IMG/VR virus record: IMGVR_UViG_3300021956_000006
Coordinates: 1 to 34,824 of that record
Strand: one strand, 5' to 3'
DNA length: 34,824 nucleotides
Source of the DNA: a virus
Shown: positions 20,687 to 30,245 of the stretch, piece by piece
How positions within the stretch are numbered: the first letter of the stretch is position 1
Layout of the letters: each line of letters opens with the position of its first letter
The notes under the pieces: generated by a model
What the model was told of the DNA's origin: nothing
Database searches by the model: none
The model's input: only the letters and a program-made list of their open reading frames with translations
Position numbers and translations under genes: made by a program

Positions 20687-22308
20687 TGCTCACCCTTTGA
20701 AAGTTTTTCAACGGCTTCCTTTTGCTTGAAAAGATTTTCTAAATCTTTGCCTTTGAAATATCGTTTGAATTGCTTTTTATCTGATTCTGACAATTGACTC
20801 ATTGATTTATTGCCAAACAGCCCAATCAGATGCATGACATCAGGGTCTTTGGTTAGATTGCTGAATTTCGCTTCAAAGTCTGCGATAGCGGCAAGGTTAG
20901 GTTTGCTTGGGTTTCCTCTGGCATTCAAAACGCCTTGGTTATACAAAGACTCAGCAGACAAAATACCTTTATCGTTATAAATGATGTTTCTTAATGTGTC
21001 TTTGTCATTGCCAAAATTACCATAAGCCGCACGAACTGACTCTTGGTCTTGGTTTGACCTTGTTGAAACTTGTCTTGCACGTTGTTCCAAATATTTTTGG
21101 ATGGTCTGTTCTTTAGGATTCAATGTAATGCCTGCTGTTTTACCAGCAATAAAATTGGAAACCTTACCAACATTGACATCTTTATCATCAAGCAATTTAA
21201 GAATCTTGTCGTTAGTGCTTAACACATTAGGCACTGACTCAGGATTACCCAAACTCATTGCGTTGGAGGCAAAAGTTGGCAATTTGCTCAATCTGCCCAC
21301 ACGTTCTTTGTATGCATCAAAAGTTTCGTCTGGTGCTCGTTGAATGCCACCTTGTTTTTCAAACTGTTTGACGACATCAGTAGGTGCAGGCTTGACCACA
21401 GGTTTTGCCGCAGGTTGTGTGGCGGGTTGTGTGGCTGGTTGTGCAGGGGCTGTTTGACCACCAGCGGCAGGCGCACCGGGGTACACCATGAACTTAGTCG
21501 CCCCAGTTTCTGTTGGCGCAGTAGTTACCATTGGCGCTGTGCCTTTTCTGATAGTTCCCAATGGCTGTATTTTGGGTGCTTCTCCGCCAATTGATGGCGT
21601 AATGGCTTGTTGAACTACCTCAGGGCCTGTGTCTACATTTGCGACTTTTGTTGCGAATGCGGCTTCTTGTTGTTCTGGCGACAACAAAGATTGTGCTTCT
21701 CTAACAGCACCTTGAGCAACATAATCGCCTGCTGGAATGTTGTCAAACAATGATGTGTAATGCGAAATTAACTCATGCAATTCAGGATTGTCTGGATTAA
21801 CTTTTTGCAAAATTTGCAATTCGTTTTTATAGCTTTGAGGGTCTTGAATGCCTAATCTACCCAAAACAGCCATTCGATCAGAAATTATTTCACGTTGTTT
21901 CTGTGTTAATTTTTGTTTTGATTCTTGTACACCAGTTTGTGCATTAGCCAAAGATGTCAATTTATCTAAAACAGCACCCCCAGTTAAAGGGGCAATTCTT
22001 GGAATTGCGTTGTATGCTTTTTTCAGATCAATTCTGCCATTGGTCATGAAATTATCAGGATTTGAATTAAATTCCTGTAATGCCAAACGTTCTTGGTTTT
22101 CTTGTTCTGTTTTCCCTAAACCAATTTCTCCTGATCTGGCTTCTTGACCAGCAGTTTGTGTCAAATACTTTTGTTTTTCAAGTTCCAAAGGATTGGTAGC
22201 GGCTCTTTGCTGATATTGCTGAACAGCATTGGCCATGTTGACCATTTCACCCAAGGTCATCTGTTGAGGTGGTCTAGCTTGTGCGGCTACTGGTGCGAAA
22301 TCTGCCAT
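20683..22308 (-). CDS. Large virion internal/ejection-type protein (putative), 541 aa
   Basis: ATGA overlap with the downstream gene. It has a central PAQPATQPATQPAAKPVVKPAP linker. The function is positional inference. Confidence 0.5.
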   Translation of the reverse strand: MADFAPVAAQARPPQQMTLGEMVNMANAVQQYQQRAATNPLELEKQKYLTQTAGQEARSGEIGLGKTEQENQERLALQEFNSNPDNFMTNGRIDLKKAYNAIPRIAPLTGGAVLDKLTSLANAQTGVQESKQKLTQKQREIISDRMAVLGRLGIQDPQSYKNELQILQKVNPDNPELHELISHYTSLFDNIPAGDYVAQGAVREAQSLLSPEQQEAAFATKVANVDTGPEVVQQAITPSIGGEAPKIQPLGTIRKGTAPMVTTAPTETGATKFMVYPGAPAAGGQTAPAQPATQPATQPAAKPVVKPAPTDVVKQFEKQGGIQRAPDETFDAYKERVGRLSKLPTFASNAMSLGNPESVPNVLSTNDKILKLLDDKDVNVGKVSNFIAGKTAGITLNPKEQTIQKYLEQRARQVSTRSNQDQESVRAAYGNFGNDKDTLRNIIYNDKGILSAESLYNQGVLNARGNPSKPNLAAIADFEAKFSNLTKDPDVMHLIGLFGNKSMSQLSESDKKQFKRYFKGKDLENLFKQKEAVEKLSKGEQ

Positions 22309-22318
22309 GATTTATTCC

Positions 22319-23089
22319 TTATGGTTGACCGTAGTAACCAGAATAGGCTGATGGGCTGATGTTATAACCAGCCGCACCAGCAGGCGCATTTCCGATTGCA
22401 TTGTAGGCATTCATAAAATTACTGCCACTTGTTGGGGACGCCAATGGATTTCTTTGCCCTAACAAGTTAGACAAATATTGTTGATTGCCAAGTGTTTGTG
22501 CGCCGCCAGCCAAAGCATTAGCCACGCCGACTTGACCAGCGCCAAGGGCTGTTCCTGCACCTGCTATTGCGTTTCCTACACCTTGACCCGCTTGTGCTGA
22601 TTGTTGACCTGTTTGGCCAAGTGATGTCTGTCCAAGTCCTGCAATAGAAGCTAATGAGTTGTAAATATTGCTACGCTGTGTTTGAAAACGATTAAAGGCA
22701 TTTCCATATTCTTGACTGGCTTGACCTTGGGTGTAGTCTTGCATACCCCTTAAAGCATTTCCACCAATCAATCCACCTCCCACATTAGCCTGACCTTGTA
22801 AGGCACGTTGACCTTGTTGGAGGCGAAATGCGTAGCCGGGATCCATGCCAGCCGCAAACTGTTCTGGCCCAAATTGTTGGGTCAAATAAGGTTTCATTCC
22901 ACCTATGTCTGACAATGCAGAATACCCAGCTTCCCTATATGGCGCTTGTTGTGCATTCTGAATGTCAAACATCTGCTTTTGCAATTGAGCAGATTCACGC
23001 ATTGCATCAGCTTGGGTCTTTGCACCTTTATTAGCGCCAAATGCGCTAATTGCTGACCCTCCAAGTATTGCACCTGCTATCCACGGCAT
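22319..23089 (-). CDS. Gly/Gln-rich virion internal protein (putative), 256 aa
   Basis: Hydrophobic N-terminus MPWIAGAILGGSAISAFGA, then Q/G-rich repeats. This composition is common in podovirus internal proteins. Confidence 0.5.
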   Translation of the reverse strand: MPWIAGAILGGSAISAFGANKGAKTQADAMRESAQLQKQMFDIQNAQQAPYREAGYSALSDIGGMKPYLTQQFGPEQFAAGMDPGYAFRLQQGQRALQGQANVGGGLIGGNALRGMQDYTQGQASQEYGNAFNRFQTQRSNIYNSLASIAGLGQTSLGQTGQQSAQAGQGVGNAIAGAGTALGAGQVGVANALAGGAQTLGNQQYLSNLLGQRNPLASPTSGSNFMNAYNAIGNAPAGAAGYNISPSAYSGYYGQP

Positions 23090-23090
23090 A

Positions 23091-23399
23091 TCAATCCCCT
23101 TTAATCAAAACTTGATCCACTTTTGACGGGTCTTTTTCGTCAGTAGAGTGAATGCAATACCAAACAACATCGGTCAAGGCTTTTACGCCGTGATACATAC
23201 CCGCTTTAATCTCAATGCAGGCTGGCGCTTCAATGATTTGATTTTCACCAGCATTAGCCACAATAACGCTACCTTTTGCCAAAATAGACAGATGAGAATA
23301 TTCATGCATATGCTGTACTAGCGTCTCGCCAGCCGCAATATGCGTTTCCTTGGCATACAAGCCATCAGAAAAATGATGAATAATCTTAGGTTCATTCAT
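23091..23399 (-). CDS. Cupin-fold small protein, 102 aa
   Basis: GETLVQHMHEYSH (G-x5-H-x-H) and GMYHGVKA (G-x2-H) resemble cupin motifs 1 and 2. Confidence 0.5.
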   Translation of the reverse strand: MNEPKIIHHFSDGLYAKETHIAAGETLVQHMHEYSHLSILAKGSVIVANAGENQIIEAPACIEIKAGMYHGVKALTDVVWYCIHSTDEKDPSKVDQVLIKGD

Positions 23400-23629
23400 G
23401 GGTTGTAATAAGGCACTTTATAAGGTTTTCCGTTCACTGTCACATTGATGAATCCCACAGGATTTGCTGGCAAAGTTGCTGACCCTGCGGTGGCCGTAGA
23501 CGCACTCGAAAAGTTAAGCAGATTCAAAAAGAACTGTTGCCATGCCCTTGTTGGGCGTTTGGTTTGCCCATCCAAGAACTCAGCTTGCGGGTAAGGATTG
23601 GTTTGGCTTGTGCTGTAAATGTTTGACAT
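23396..23629 (-). CDS. Hypothetical virion-module protein, 77 aa
   Basis: Coupled at both ends (ATGA at 23396-23399 and a 1-nt overlap at 23629). Confidence 0.55.
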   Translation of the reverse strand: MSNIYSTSQTNPYPQAEFLDGQTKRPTRAWQQFFLNLLNFSSASTATAGSATLPANPVGFINVTVNGKPYKVPYYNP

Positions 23630-25875
23630 CAGTTGTCGCCTGTGCTTCCTTTGAGGTTCGCAGACACAATGACCGCCTTAACTGGGTCAGTTACCACAAC
23701 CTCAAAAATACGATCCCTAGCCATGCCCAAACGCCTCCAAATTGCACGATTTTTGTATTTGCCAATTTGTCCGATTGTGACCCAGTATTCACGCGACCAT
23801 GTTGAACCGCCATCGTTAGACCAGCGTAACATTGCCTGTGGATAAGTTGTCGTATCTATGGGGTTTATTTTAGACCCATTTCCAATAATATTTACATCTG
23901 TTGGCCCGATTACCAAATACCCATCAGCAGAAATGATATAGGGGTCTGTCAGGTAAAAGGTAGGGAAAGTGACTGACAAGCCTGTCGTCCCGACACCGGG
24001 CTGAAACTGCAATTGCAACTCATCAAAATACTGCCTTTGCAAGTCCGCTGTCAGGTGTGGCGCTCTGCGTAAACGGCGAATCATCTGCCCATCATCTGTG
24101 TAGTTGTCAGGGTCTAACTCGTAAATCCTGCCATTTTCATAATCCCCACACAAAACCATTCCCTGAAACACAGCAGAACAGTTCCCCCTGTGGCGGCTGT
24201 ACTGGTTACTGTTGTTCACATAAAGCCATTTGTGCCACATGGTTGTGGTGGCATCGTAGACCCATGTTAAGTTAATCGATGGGAATGTCACGACATAACA
24301 TTCATGTCCCTCTAACTGATAAGTCCAAGATATGGCATCGTCAATGTTTTGATTTACAAGAGTATTTTCCACGGCGTGGGTGGAGATACGCTGAGGAATG
24401 TAGCCATTCATCATCATGATTTGCCCTTGACCGCGAATGTTGCGCGATACATAAGCAAAGGAGTTTCCTACCCTAGAAATGGAAAAGACTGCGGCAATGC
24501 CGTGCTGGGTCGATGTGCCGGGGATCCTCTGAAACGGGAACGGCGTTGTCCCCACATCTACCCAAACCTCTGACGATGCCTCACCCATCAAATAAATCTC
24601 TCGATGGTCAACAATCAAAGACACTAAGTTATCAGGCGCACCATCCTTAGATGCAAATGACAAAGCCTGTGAAACAGGACTTAATGCATCAGAAGCACCA
24701 TATTGCTGTGTATTGGGGCGGTTATAAATAAAATAATTGTCAACAATATCGACTGTGTTGCCACCTGAAAATGCGCCATCTGTGCTTGGAATTTGGGTGA
24801 AATTCAATGCATACATGGTCTCAGAACTGATATTCTGTGAATTACTGACCGTGTATGTGCCTGTTGAACCTGTACCCGTGCCAAGGGCTGTAATCATGGT
24901 ATTAGCTGAAATACCAGCACCTTGGATGGTTTGACCCAAATAAAGTGTGCCAGAACTCACCGCAGTTACGTTCAATGTGGTTGGCGCATATTTGTATGTC
25001 AAACCTGTGGGCGTTCCAACAGTCGTGGTGATTGCTGTGCCACCAGATGTAGCAGATAGCGTAAAGGTGGTTGATCCGTTTGTGGCAATGATGTAATAAG
25101 TCGTTGGATTGGTATATCCAGTAATCGACCCTGTACCACCAAATGTGCCACTGATGGTTAGAGATTGACCAATAGCTAACGTAAAAGGCGCGGCACTGCA
25201 TGAAAACTGTCCTGCTAAACCTGTGATACTCACGCCAGTTAAAGTGCCGCCAATGGTGGCTGTAACGATAGCGCCAGCCGATGCACCAGACATGGATTCA
25301 CTTGCCACTGTCTGAGAAGTGCTCAGGGTATAAGTACCAATTCCACCAGAACCCGTACCAAAGGCAGTTATCACGGTGGAGTTAGCTATACCTAACCCAA
25401 AAATCTGTTGTCCAACCGCCAAAGTGCCAGAAGTCACAGCAGTCACAGTCAGGGTTGTACCTGACATTGACCCCGTAAAAGTCACTGAGGAGGGTGAAGA
25501 AATGCGCCATGTGTAGCGATAAGCCCCGTCCACAATGTAGACGTTCTGACCGTTATCAGTGATGCCAACCCGACCTGTGGAGGTGTTTAAATACCCGACA
25601 ATTGTGGGAGTCAGGTTAGAGGTCATCACATACACATACGCACCACAGACAGCGACCATTTGTGCGCCGCCTGAGACAGTACGCATACCGCGAACTTCAG
25701 CGTTGTTTAGGACAACTTTGGCGGTCAGCCCCGGTGTCGGATACAGCGCCACCACGCCGCGGTCGCCGGGTTGCTTCAACACATCAATCTCAGGGCGGAA
25801 GTTAATACACTCCTGTGCGTCCTGATAAATGCTTGGCGCTTCGTAACTTGGGCCAACAAAACCAAAATCAGGCAT
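23629..25875 (-). CDS. P22 gp10-like tail hub / DNA-stabilisation protein with a 230-aa inserted repeat region
   Basis: The N-terminus [29 protein letters not shown] and the position after the gp4-like gene fit the phage-stabilisation family. 748 aa, against roughly 470 aa in P22. Confidence 0.6.
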   Translation of the reverse strand: MPDFGFVGPSYEAPSIYQDAQECINFRPEIDVLKQPGDRGVVALYPTPGLTAKVVLNNAEVRGMRTVSGGAQMVAVCGAYVYVMTSNLTPTIVGYLNTSTGRVGITDNGQNVYIVDGAYRYTWRISSPSSVTFTGSMSGTTLTVTAVTSGTLAVGQQIFGLGIANSTVITAFGTGSGGIGTYTLSTSQTVASESMSGASAGAIVTATIGGTLTGVSITGLAGQFSCSAAPFTLAIGQSLTISGTFGGTGSITGYTNPTTYYIIATNGSTTFTLSATSGGTAITTTVGTPTGLTYKYAPTTLNVTAVSSGTLYLGQTIQGAGISANTMITALGTGTGSTGTYTVSNSQNISSETMYALNFTQIPSTDGAFSGGNTVDIVDNYFIYNRPNTQQYGASDALSPVSQALSFASKDGAPDNLVSLIVDHREIYLMGEASSEVWVDVGTTPFPFQRIPGTSTQHGIAAVFSISRVGNSFAYVSRNIRGQGQIMMMNGYIPQRISTHAVENTLVNQNIDDAISWTYQLEGHECYVVTFPSINLTWVYDATTTMWHKWLYVNNSNQYSRHRGNCSAVFQGMVLCGDYENGRIYELDPDNYTDDGQMIRRLRRAPHLTADLQRQYFDELQLQFQPGVGTTGLSVTFPTFYLTDPYIISADGYLVIGPTDVNIIGNGSKINPIDTTTYPQAMLRWSNDGGSTWSREYWVTIGQIGKYKNRAIWRRLGMARDRIFEVVVTDPVKAVIVSANLKGSTGDN

Positions 25876-25877
25876 AT

Positions 25878-26456
25878 CTAGTCCTTATACGATTTGCCGG
25901 CCAGCAAAGTTTTCATGCTTGGCAAGCTGATACCAAAACGCTTGGCCAATTCCTTTGTGGAAATGCCTTCTTTGCGTAATTGTCTGGCTTCTCTTGCTTG
26001 TGTCATGCTTAATTTTGCCCTTGGACCTTTGTCACCGCTAAAGTCAGGACTTCTTCCTTTAGCAACTTTGTCAGCCATATTGTCGGCATGAGTGCCAACA
26101 AACAAATGTTTTGGATTGCAACAAGATGGGTTATCGCAAGTGTGTAAAAGAAAACCAAAATCGTCAGTGCTTTGTGGCGCATTGAGAGTAATTGTGTTTG
26201 GAAATGCAAGATTAAAAATAACACGATGGGCATAGTAGCCGTGATCATTGATCCACGTGCGACCATATCCCTCTTTATTCTTGTATCCCAACCAATTCCA
26301 GCAATCATCTTCACCTTTCTTGTTAACCTTACTCCATAACACTTCTGGTGTGTTTGCTGGTCTCCCAGCATTCCCTACCTCTCGCCCAACCTTTGCTCTG
26401 TATGCCGCATTGTCTCGATCACGTTTACGTTGGATTGCTTCTTCTTTGGTGTACAT
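25878..26456 (-). CDS. HNH homing endonuclease (HNH_3 type) with a C-terminal HTH
   Basis: [19 protein letters not shown]...[28 protein letters not shown], plus a C-terminal [30 protein letters not shown] precedes the ATG. Confidence 0.88.
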   Translation of the reverse strand: MYTKEEAIQRKRDRDNAAYRAKVGREVGNAGRPANTPEVLWSKVNKKGEDDCWNWLGYKNKEGYGRTWINDHGYYAHRVIFNLAFPNTITLNAPQSTDDFGFLLHTCDNPSCCNPKHLFVGTHADNMADKVAKGRSPDFSGDKGPRAKLSMTQAREARQLRKEGISTKELAKRFGISLPSMKTLLAGKSYKD

Positions 26457-26498
26457 GGTTTTCTCCTTGAAAGTACACCTTGATTATAGCGGAAAAAG

Positions 26499-27467
26499 TC
26501 ACCTGAAGAAACCCCCCGAAAGAATCCAACCCGCATCCTTAGCCCTGCCCACCAACAGCGAATCAGGATAACGCGACACTTGGACAGGGCGCATATTGGT
26601 TCGCTTAATTGTGGACTTGGCTTGAGCCGCATACCCTTGAATCATTGCAATCTGAACCTGATTGTTTTTGCCGTACATTGGCATCAGGCGTTCAGCCAAA
26701 CACCACCGCAACGCCATTGAATAGGCTTGGGGCAACACAATCGTGTCATTGATGGTTTCATAGCGCCTGAAAATTGTGTCCACAAACAAGTGCATTTCGC
26801 CTTGACTAGGGTTAGGCCACAAAAAGATGTTGCCCAAAACCTCTGTGGGTTGGTAATAAAGCGCTTTAGGCCAAGGCCCTGATAGCGTTTTAAGACCAAT
26901 CATCTCGTATTCTTCCACCCCTAGAATAGCCACTGGATAATCTAACCCACCATTGATAATTGGTTGTCCATTAGAATTAGTGTTAATGCGGACAAAAGCA
27001 GAATTAATAACAAGCGGTCGCTGGTAATAAGCATTGATTGTTGTAGATGCCGCATTTTGGGATATGTTGACCGTGTATGTACCCGCTTCATTGACATTAC
27101 CCCCTGCGCCTGTGGCAAACCCTGTGATGGTTGTGCCAGTTGTGATGCCAGTGCCACTTAGGTTTTGACCCAAGGCAATAGCACCAGAATTAATTGAGGT
27201 GACAGTTAAGACATTACCAACAATGCTTCCGACAAAGTTTGCACCGATCTGACCACCGGGGCCAATCGTGTACTGCGTCTGCCCTGAAACAACAGGAAAA
27301 ATAACCTCAGTCTTATAAAAGACCATCATGTCTTCATTTGACCACTGGTCAATGAGGTCATTGAGCATATCAAACGCATCTTGCGCCGCATCTGGCGTTG
27401 GCGTTTCGCCAGCTTCCAAAGCGCCTATGTCTTTTAAAGCCCTGCTGATAATGTCAATTGGTTGCAT
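26499..27467 (-). CDS. P22 gp4-like head-to-tail adaptor with an inserted repeat module
   Basis: [37 protein letters not shown] parallels P22 gp4 (LVRAALRKLGV...MQDAVDDLEAMMAEW, as I recall it). 322 aa, against roughly 166 aa in P22. Confidence 0.65.
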   Translation of the reverse strand: MQPIDIISRALKDIGALEAGETPTPDAAQDAFDMLNDLIDQWSNEDMMVFYKTEVIFPVVSGQTQYTIGPGGQIGANFVGSIVGNVLTVTSINSGAIALGQNLSGTGITTGTTITGFATGAGGNVNEAGTYTVNISQNAASTTINAYYQRPLVINSAFVRINTNSNGQPIINGGLDYPVAILGVEEYEMIGLKTLSGPWPKALYYQPTEVLGNIFLWPNPSQGEMHLFVDTIFRRYETINDTIVLPQAYSMALRWCLAERLMPMYGKNNQVQIAMIQGYAAQAKSTIKRTNMRPVQVSRYPDSLLVGRAKDAGWILSGGFFR

Positions 27468-27476
27468 CTCATACCC

Positions 27477-27791
27477 TTACAGATTTGGCGTGTAAATTTG
27501 CGGCATCCAAGGGGCAACAACAACTCTATTTCCTGACATGGACGCTAGTTGTTCCTCTAATCGTGATTCTATGAAATTCTGCCCAAATTGGGTAGTTTCT
27601 TTGAAAATCCACTCAATCACATCTTGTTCTGTGACTTCAGCAAAAGGCTTTTCTAGGCTTTGATCTTTGAAAACCCAATAGCCTTCAGTCTCCACTGTGT
27701 TGTCAGAATCTTGAGCAGTAACAAAGTATTTAGCCTGAGTAATTACCTCGCCATCTGCTTTGATTTCTAGGATTTTCCAGCTATGTTTCAT
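27477..27791 (-). CDS. Hypothetical protein, 104 aa (fibre-associated family)
   Basis: The pattern WKILEIKADGEVITQAKYFVTAQD...EGYWVF...TEQDVIEWI recurs next to fibre genes in other phages, as I recall. Confidence 0.6.
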   Translation of the reverse strand: MKHSWKILEIKADGEVITQAKYFVTAQDSDNTVETEGYWVFKDQSLEKPFAEVTEQDVIEWIFKETTQFGQNFIESRLEEQLASMSGNRVVVAPWMPQIYTPNL

Positions 27792-27922
27792 TGTGGTTCA
27801 GCAGGTGGTTGTTCAGCCTGTTGCGCCGCTACTGCCGCATCGTGTGCCGCTTGTTCTTCTGGTGTGTACTCAATGATCTTGGTTTCACCAGTTTGGACAT
27901 TTACTTCGATTCTGTGTGTCAT
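27788..27922 (-). CDS. Small protein, 44 aa (not in ORF track)
   Basis: Own translation: MTHRIEVNVQTGETKIIEYTPEEQAAHDAAVAAQQAEQPPAEPQ. ATGA overlap with the downstream gene. Confidence 0.5.
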   Translation of the reverse strand: MTHRIEVNVQTGETKIIEYTPEEQAAHDAAVAAQQAEQPPAEPQ

Positions 27923-27927
27923 GGTGT

Positions 27928-28443
27928 TTACTCGTAAAGAATGTTAATTGTTCCAGCATCAAATACATCCGTGCCGTTTACCGTGGTTAGACGAATTCTG
28001 TCAACTGCGCCTGAAAGTGACACGCTTCCACCAATAGCAAAAGCCCTAGCAATATCGCTTCTACCAGTAGCGCCAGAAGCAGTATAGGCATTTGAACCAA
28101 TTAAAGTTATTGTCAAATTTCCATACAAAAGACCAGAAGAAATAAAAGTATTTGAATTTACATAAAATCCAGTTGTGAAGTTAATTACTTCAGCACCAGA
28201 CATAATAGCCCCCAAATACCCAGTAGTCTGCACTGAGCCAGAACCAATCTGAATCATAGGCGCAGATGCGCCGTTTGTACTTACACCATTTAGCATCACA
28301 GTGATCCGTTTTACCCAAGACGGTATACCTGTGAAGTCAATGCTTGTACCTGATGTGGAGGCAACAGCAGTGCCAGAGGTAATCCCCAGTACCGCACCTG
28401 AGTTGATCGTGACGCTTGCTGAACCGTCGATGACTGTACTCAT
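27928..28443 (-). CDS. Short fibre-like protein, 171 aa (paralogue of 29072-29668)
   Basis: ATG 28443 forms an ATGA overlap. It shares GTAVASTSGTSIDFTG(I/L)PSW and a C-terminal TT(V/I)NGTDxFDAGxINILYE with the 198-aa protein. Confidence 0.7.
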   Translation of the reverse strand: MSTVIDGSASVTINSGAVLGITSGTAVASTSGTSIDFTGIPSWVKRITVMLNGVSTNGASAPMIQIGSGSVQTTGYLGAIMSGAEVINFTTGFYVNSNTFISSGLLYGNLTITLIGSNAYTASGATGRSDIARAFAIGGSVSLSGAVDRIRLTTVNGTDVFDAGTINILYE

Positions 28444-29069
28444 GCCCATGTCCCCACGTTAGTCGCTGCGCCAGATGCACTCAGCGGATTGATTCGGATG
28501 TAACTACCAGCCACTGTTGAGTAAGCACCGCCAGGTGCGGCGGTTAATGTGTACTGAGGAATGAATGTGCCACCAGCGTTCACTGATACTGTGCCTTTTA
28601 AAATTACTGCCCAAGTCACAGCCGCTGACGTAGTTTGTAAATTGGTAGTTGAGTTAGATGCCGTTGTTGCAAATGAACCATAACAAGTTGTTCCTATACC
28701 CCCACCAGATGTACTTGACGCTATTGCAACTGCATTTGAAAGGTACAAAATATTATTTAATGTTGCTGTGCCAGCAAAGCCAAATCCAAAAGTATGTGAT
28801 GTAGTACCCGCGCTTTTTGTGAATACAACATTCATTTCAAACTCATAAACAGTGCTTGAAGACAGCGTTACACCAACACCAAATATGTTTTGTGCGCTTG
28901 TACTATTTGCACCAGCCAATGAAGAATCAAGTCTGTAATACTGCTGAGTCGGAACAATACCTCGCTGTGTGCCGATAGGTGTACCGGCAAAGATGGGGCT
29001 TGAGTATTCAATCTGCCCTACCGCGGCTGGGCTCGATAGCGTGTCAGAAGTTAAAACAAGTATTGACAT
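28440..29069 (-). CDS. Short fibre-like protein, 209 aa
   Basis: ATG 29069 follows AAGGA. The N-terminus MSILVLTSDTLSSPAAVGQ resembles the N-termini of the neighbouring fibres. Composition is S/T/G/A-rich beta type. Confidence 0.65.
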   Translation of the reverse strand: MSILVLTSDTLSSPAAVGQIEYSSPIFAGTPIGTQRGIVPTQQYYRLDSSLAGANSTSAQNIFGVGVTLSSSTVYEFEMNVVFTKSAGTTSHTFGFGFAGTATLNNILYLSNAVAIASSTSGGGIGTTCYGSFATTASNSTTNLQTTSAAVTWAVILKGTVSVNAGGTFIPQYTLTAAPGGAYSTVAGSYIRINPLSASGAATNVGTWA

Positions 29070-29071
29070 GA

Positions 29072-29668
29072 TTATCCTTCGTACAGAATGTTGATACTGC
29101 CAGCGTCGAATGTGTCTGTTCCATTTATTGTGGTCACGCGAACAGCAGTCAAAGCCGCACCAAGCGAAACTGAACCGCCTCCAAGCAAACCACCATTTGT
29201 AGTAGATGAGCCACCACAAACAGCCATGTAAGACCAGATGTTTCCACTGACATTTGTGATTACGCAACTGCCGCCATAGGTAGTAGTTCCACCAGCAGTT
29301 TGATTTTGACCTATTGGGAATCCACCAGTATCAGTAGCCCCACCAAGACTTGCCGCACCAAATGTGACACCAAAAGTCACATAACCTGATGTTGTATAAG
29401 TTGTTGAACCAGTACCAAGTTGAATTCTAAATGTTGAGTTACCACTAAGACTAACTGCGTTAAACATCACAGTAATTTTTTTAATCCAACTTGGCAAACC
29501 AGTGAAATCAATTGAAGTACCAGATGTTGACGCAACCGCTGTTCCCAATGTATTGACAGAGTTTGTCGCAGTGGCGGCTTGAAGTGTCAGCGTGTTTGTA
29601 CCTGCAACAGCAGGTGCGGCAATCGTTACCTGCCCTGATGTGTCGCCTGTTAATACAAGTGAAGCCAT
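29072..29668 (-). CDS. Short fibre-like protein, 198 aa (paralogue of 27928-28443)
   Basis: MASLVLTGDTSGQVTIAAPAVAGTNTLTLQAAT is an N-terminal motif common in phage fibres. Shared blocks are listed under 27928-28443. Confidence 0.7.
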   Translation of the reverse strand: MASLVLTGDTSGQVTIAAPAVAGTNTLTLQAATATNSVNTLGTAVASTSGTSIDFTGLPSWIKKITVMFNAVSLSGNSTFRIQLGTGSTTYTTSGYVTFGVTFGAASLGGATDTGGFPIGQNQTAGGTTTYGGSCVITNVSGNIWSYMAVCGGSSTTNGGLLGGGSVSLGAALTAVRVTTINGTDTFDAGSINILYEG

Positions 29669-29678
29669 CTTTTATCCT

Positions 29679-30233
29679 TTATAAAACAACCCAGCGCGAG
29701 CCAGTTGGAACTGTGACTGATTGGCCTGATGCAATTGTGATTGGGCCTGTGGACATTGCATTATTATTTGCTGTGATTGTATAACTTGCAGTCACAGTTT
29801 GACCATTTTCATAAAAAATAGCATCACTGCCTGCGCCTGTCGCCCCACCCAAAGAAGTCCAAGAACTGCCGTTGTAACCCTCATATTTAACAAGGGTTGA
29901 GTTATATCGAATCTTTCCTGTTGCCGCAGATGGGCGCTGGGCAGTCGTACCAACCGAAATCTGTGTTGCACCTGTGGACGCAAATGAGGAGTCTGCCGTA
30001 CTTGCAAACATAGCCCCAGCGGTCAGGTTTGTTCCATCAAATGTTAATGCACTTGAATTGGTCAAAACACCACCAGAACCCGCATAAGTGACCTGACCAG
30101 AAGTCAATGTCGATGTACTCCACGCCATGTAACCAGTGGCGGCAGGCACGTTAATGGTGTATGTTCCAGCCGTATTTGGGCCAAGAAAGCTAACCTGACC
30201 CCCTAAAACTGCTGAAAAAACTAAGGTACTCAT
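29679..30233 (-). CDS. Short fibre-like protein, 184 aa (C-terminal module shared with the 878-aa fibre)
   Basis: GTTAQRPSAATGKIRYNSTLVKYEGYNGSSW is a fibre motif. The C-terminus GPITIASGQSVTVPTGSRWVVL compares with GPITVASGQTVTVSSGSRWVVL in the long fibre. Confidence 0.7.
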   Translation of the reverse strand: MSTLVFSAVLGGQVSFLGPNTAGTYTINVPAATGYMAWSTSTLTSGQVTYAGSGGVLTNSSALTFDGTNLTAGAMFASTADSSFASTGATQISVGTTAQRPSAATGKIRYNSTLVKYEGYNGSSWTSLGGATGAGSDAIFYENGQTVTASYTITANNNAMSTGPITIASGQSVTVPTGSRWVVL

Positions 30234-30245
30234 GTCATGTCCTTT

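Noticed and set aside
21411-21446. Tandem 12-nt repeat GGTTGTGTGGC(G/T), about three copies.
   Set aside because: It is in codon phase and encodes the (P)ATQ tetrapeptide repeats of a Pro/Ala/Thr/Gln linker (APAQPATQPATQPAAKP) in the 541-aa protein. It is an ordinary low-complexity linker.
29070-29267. Upstream extension of the 28440 ORF (66 extra codons) that overlaps the 198-aa fibre gene.
   Set aside because: The extension is W/C/R/H-rich and lies out of frame inside a confident gene. ATG 29069 has an AAGGA SD and sits 2 nt after the upstream stop.
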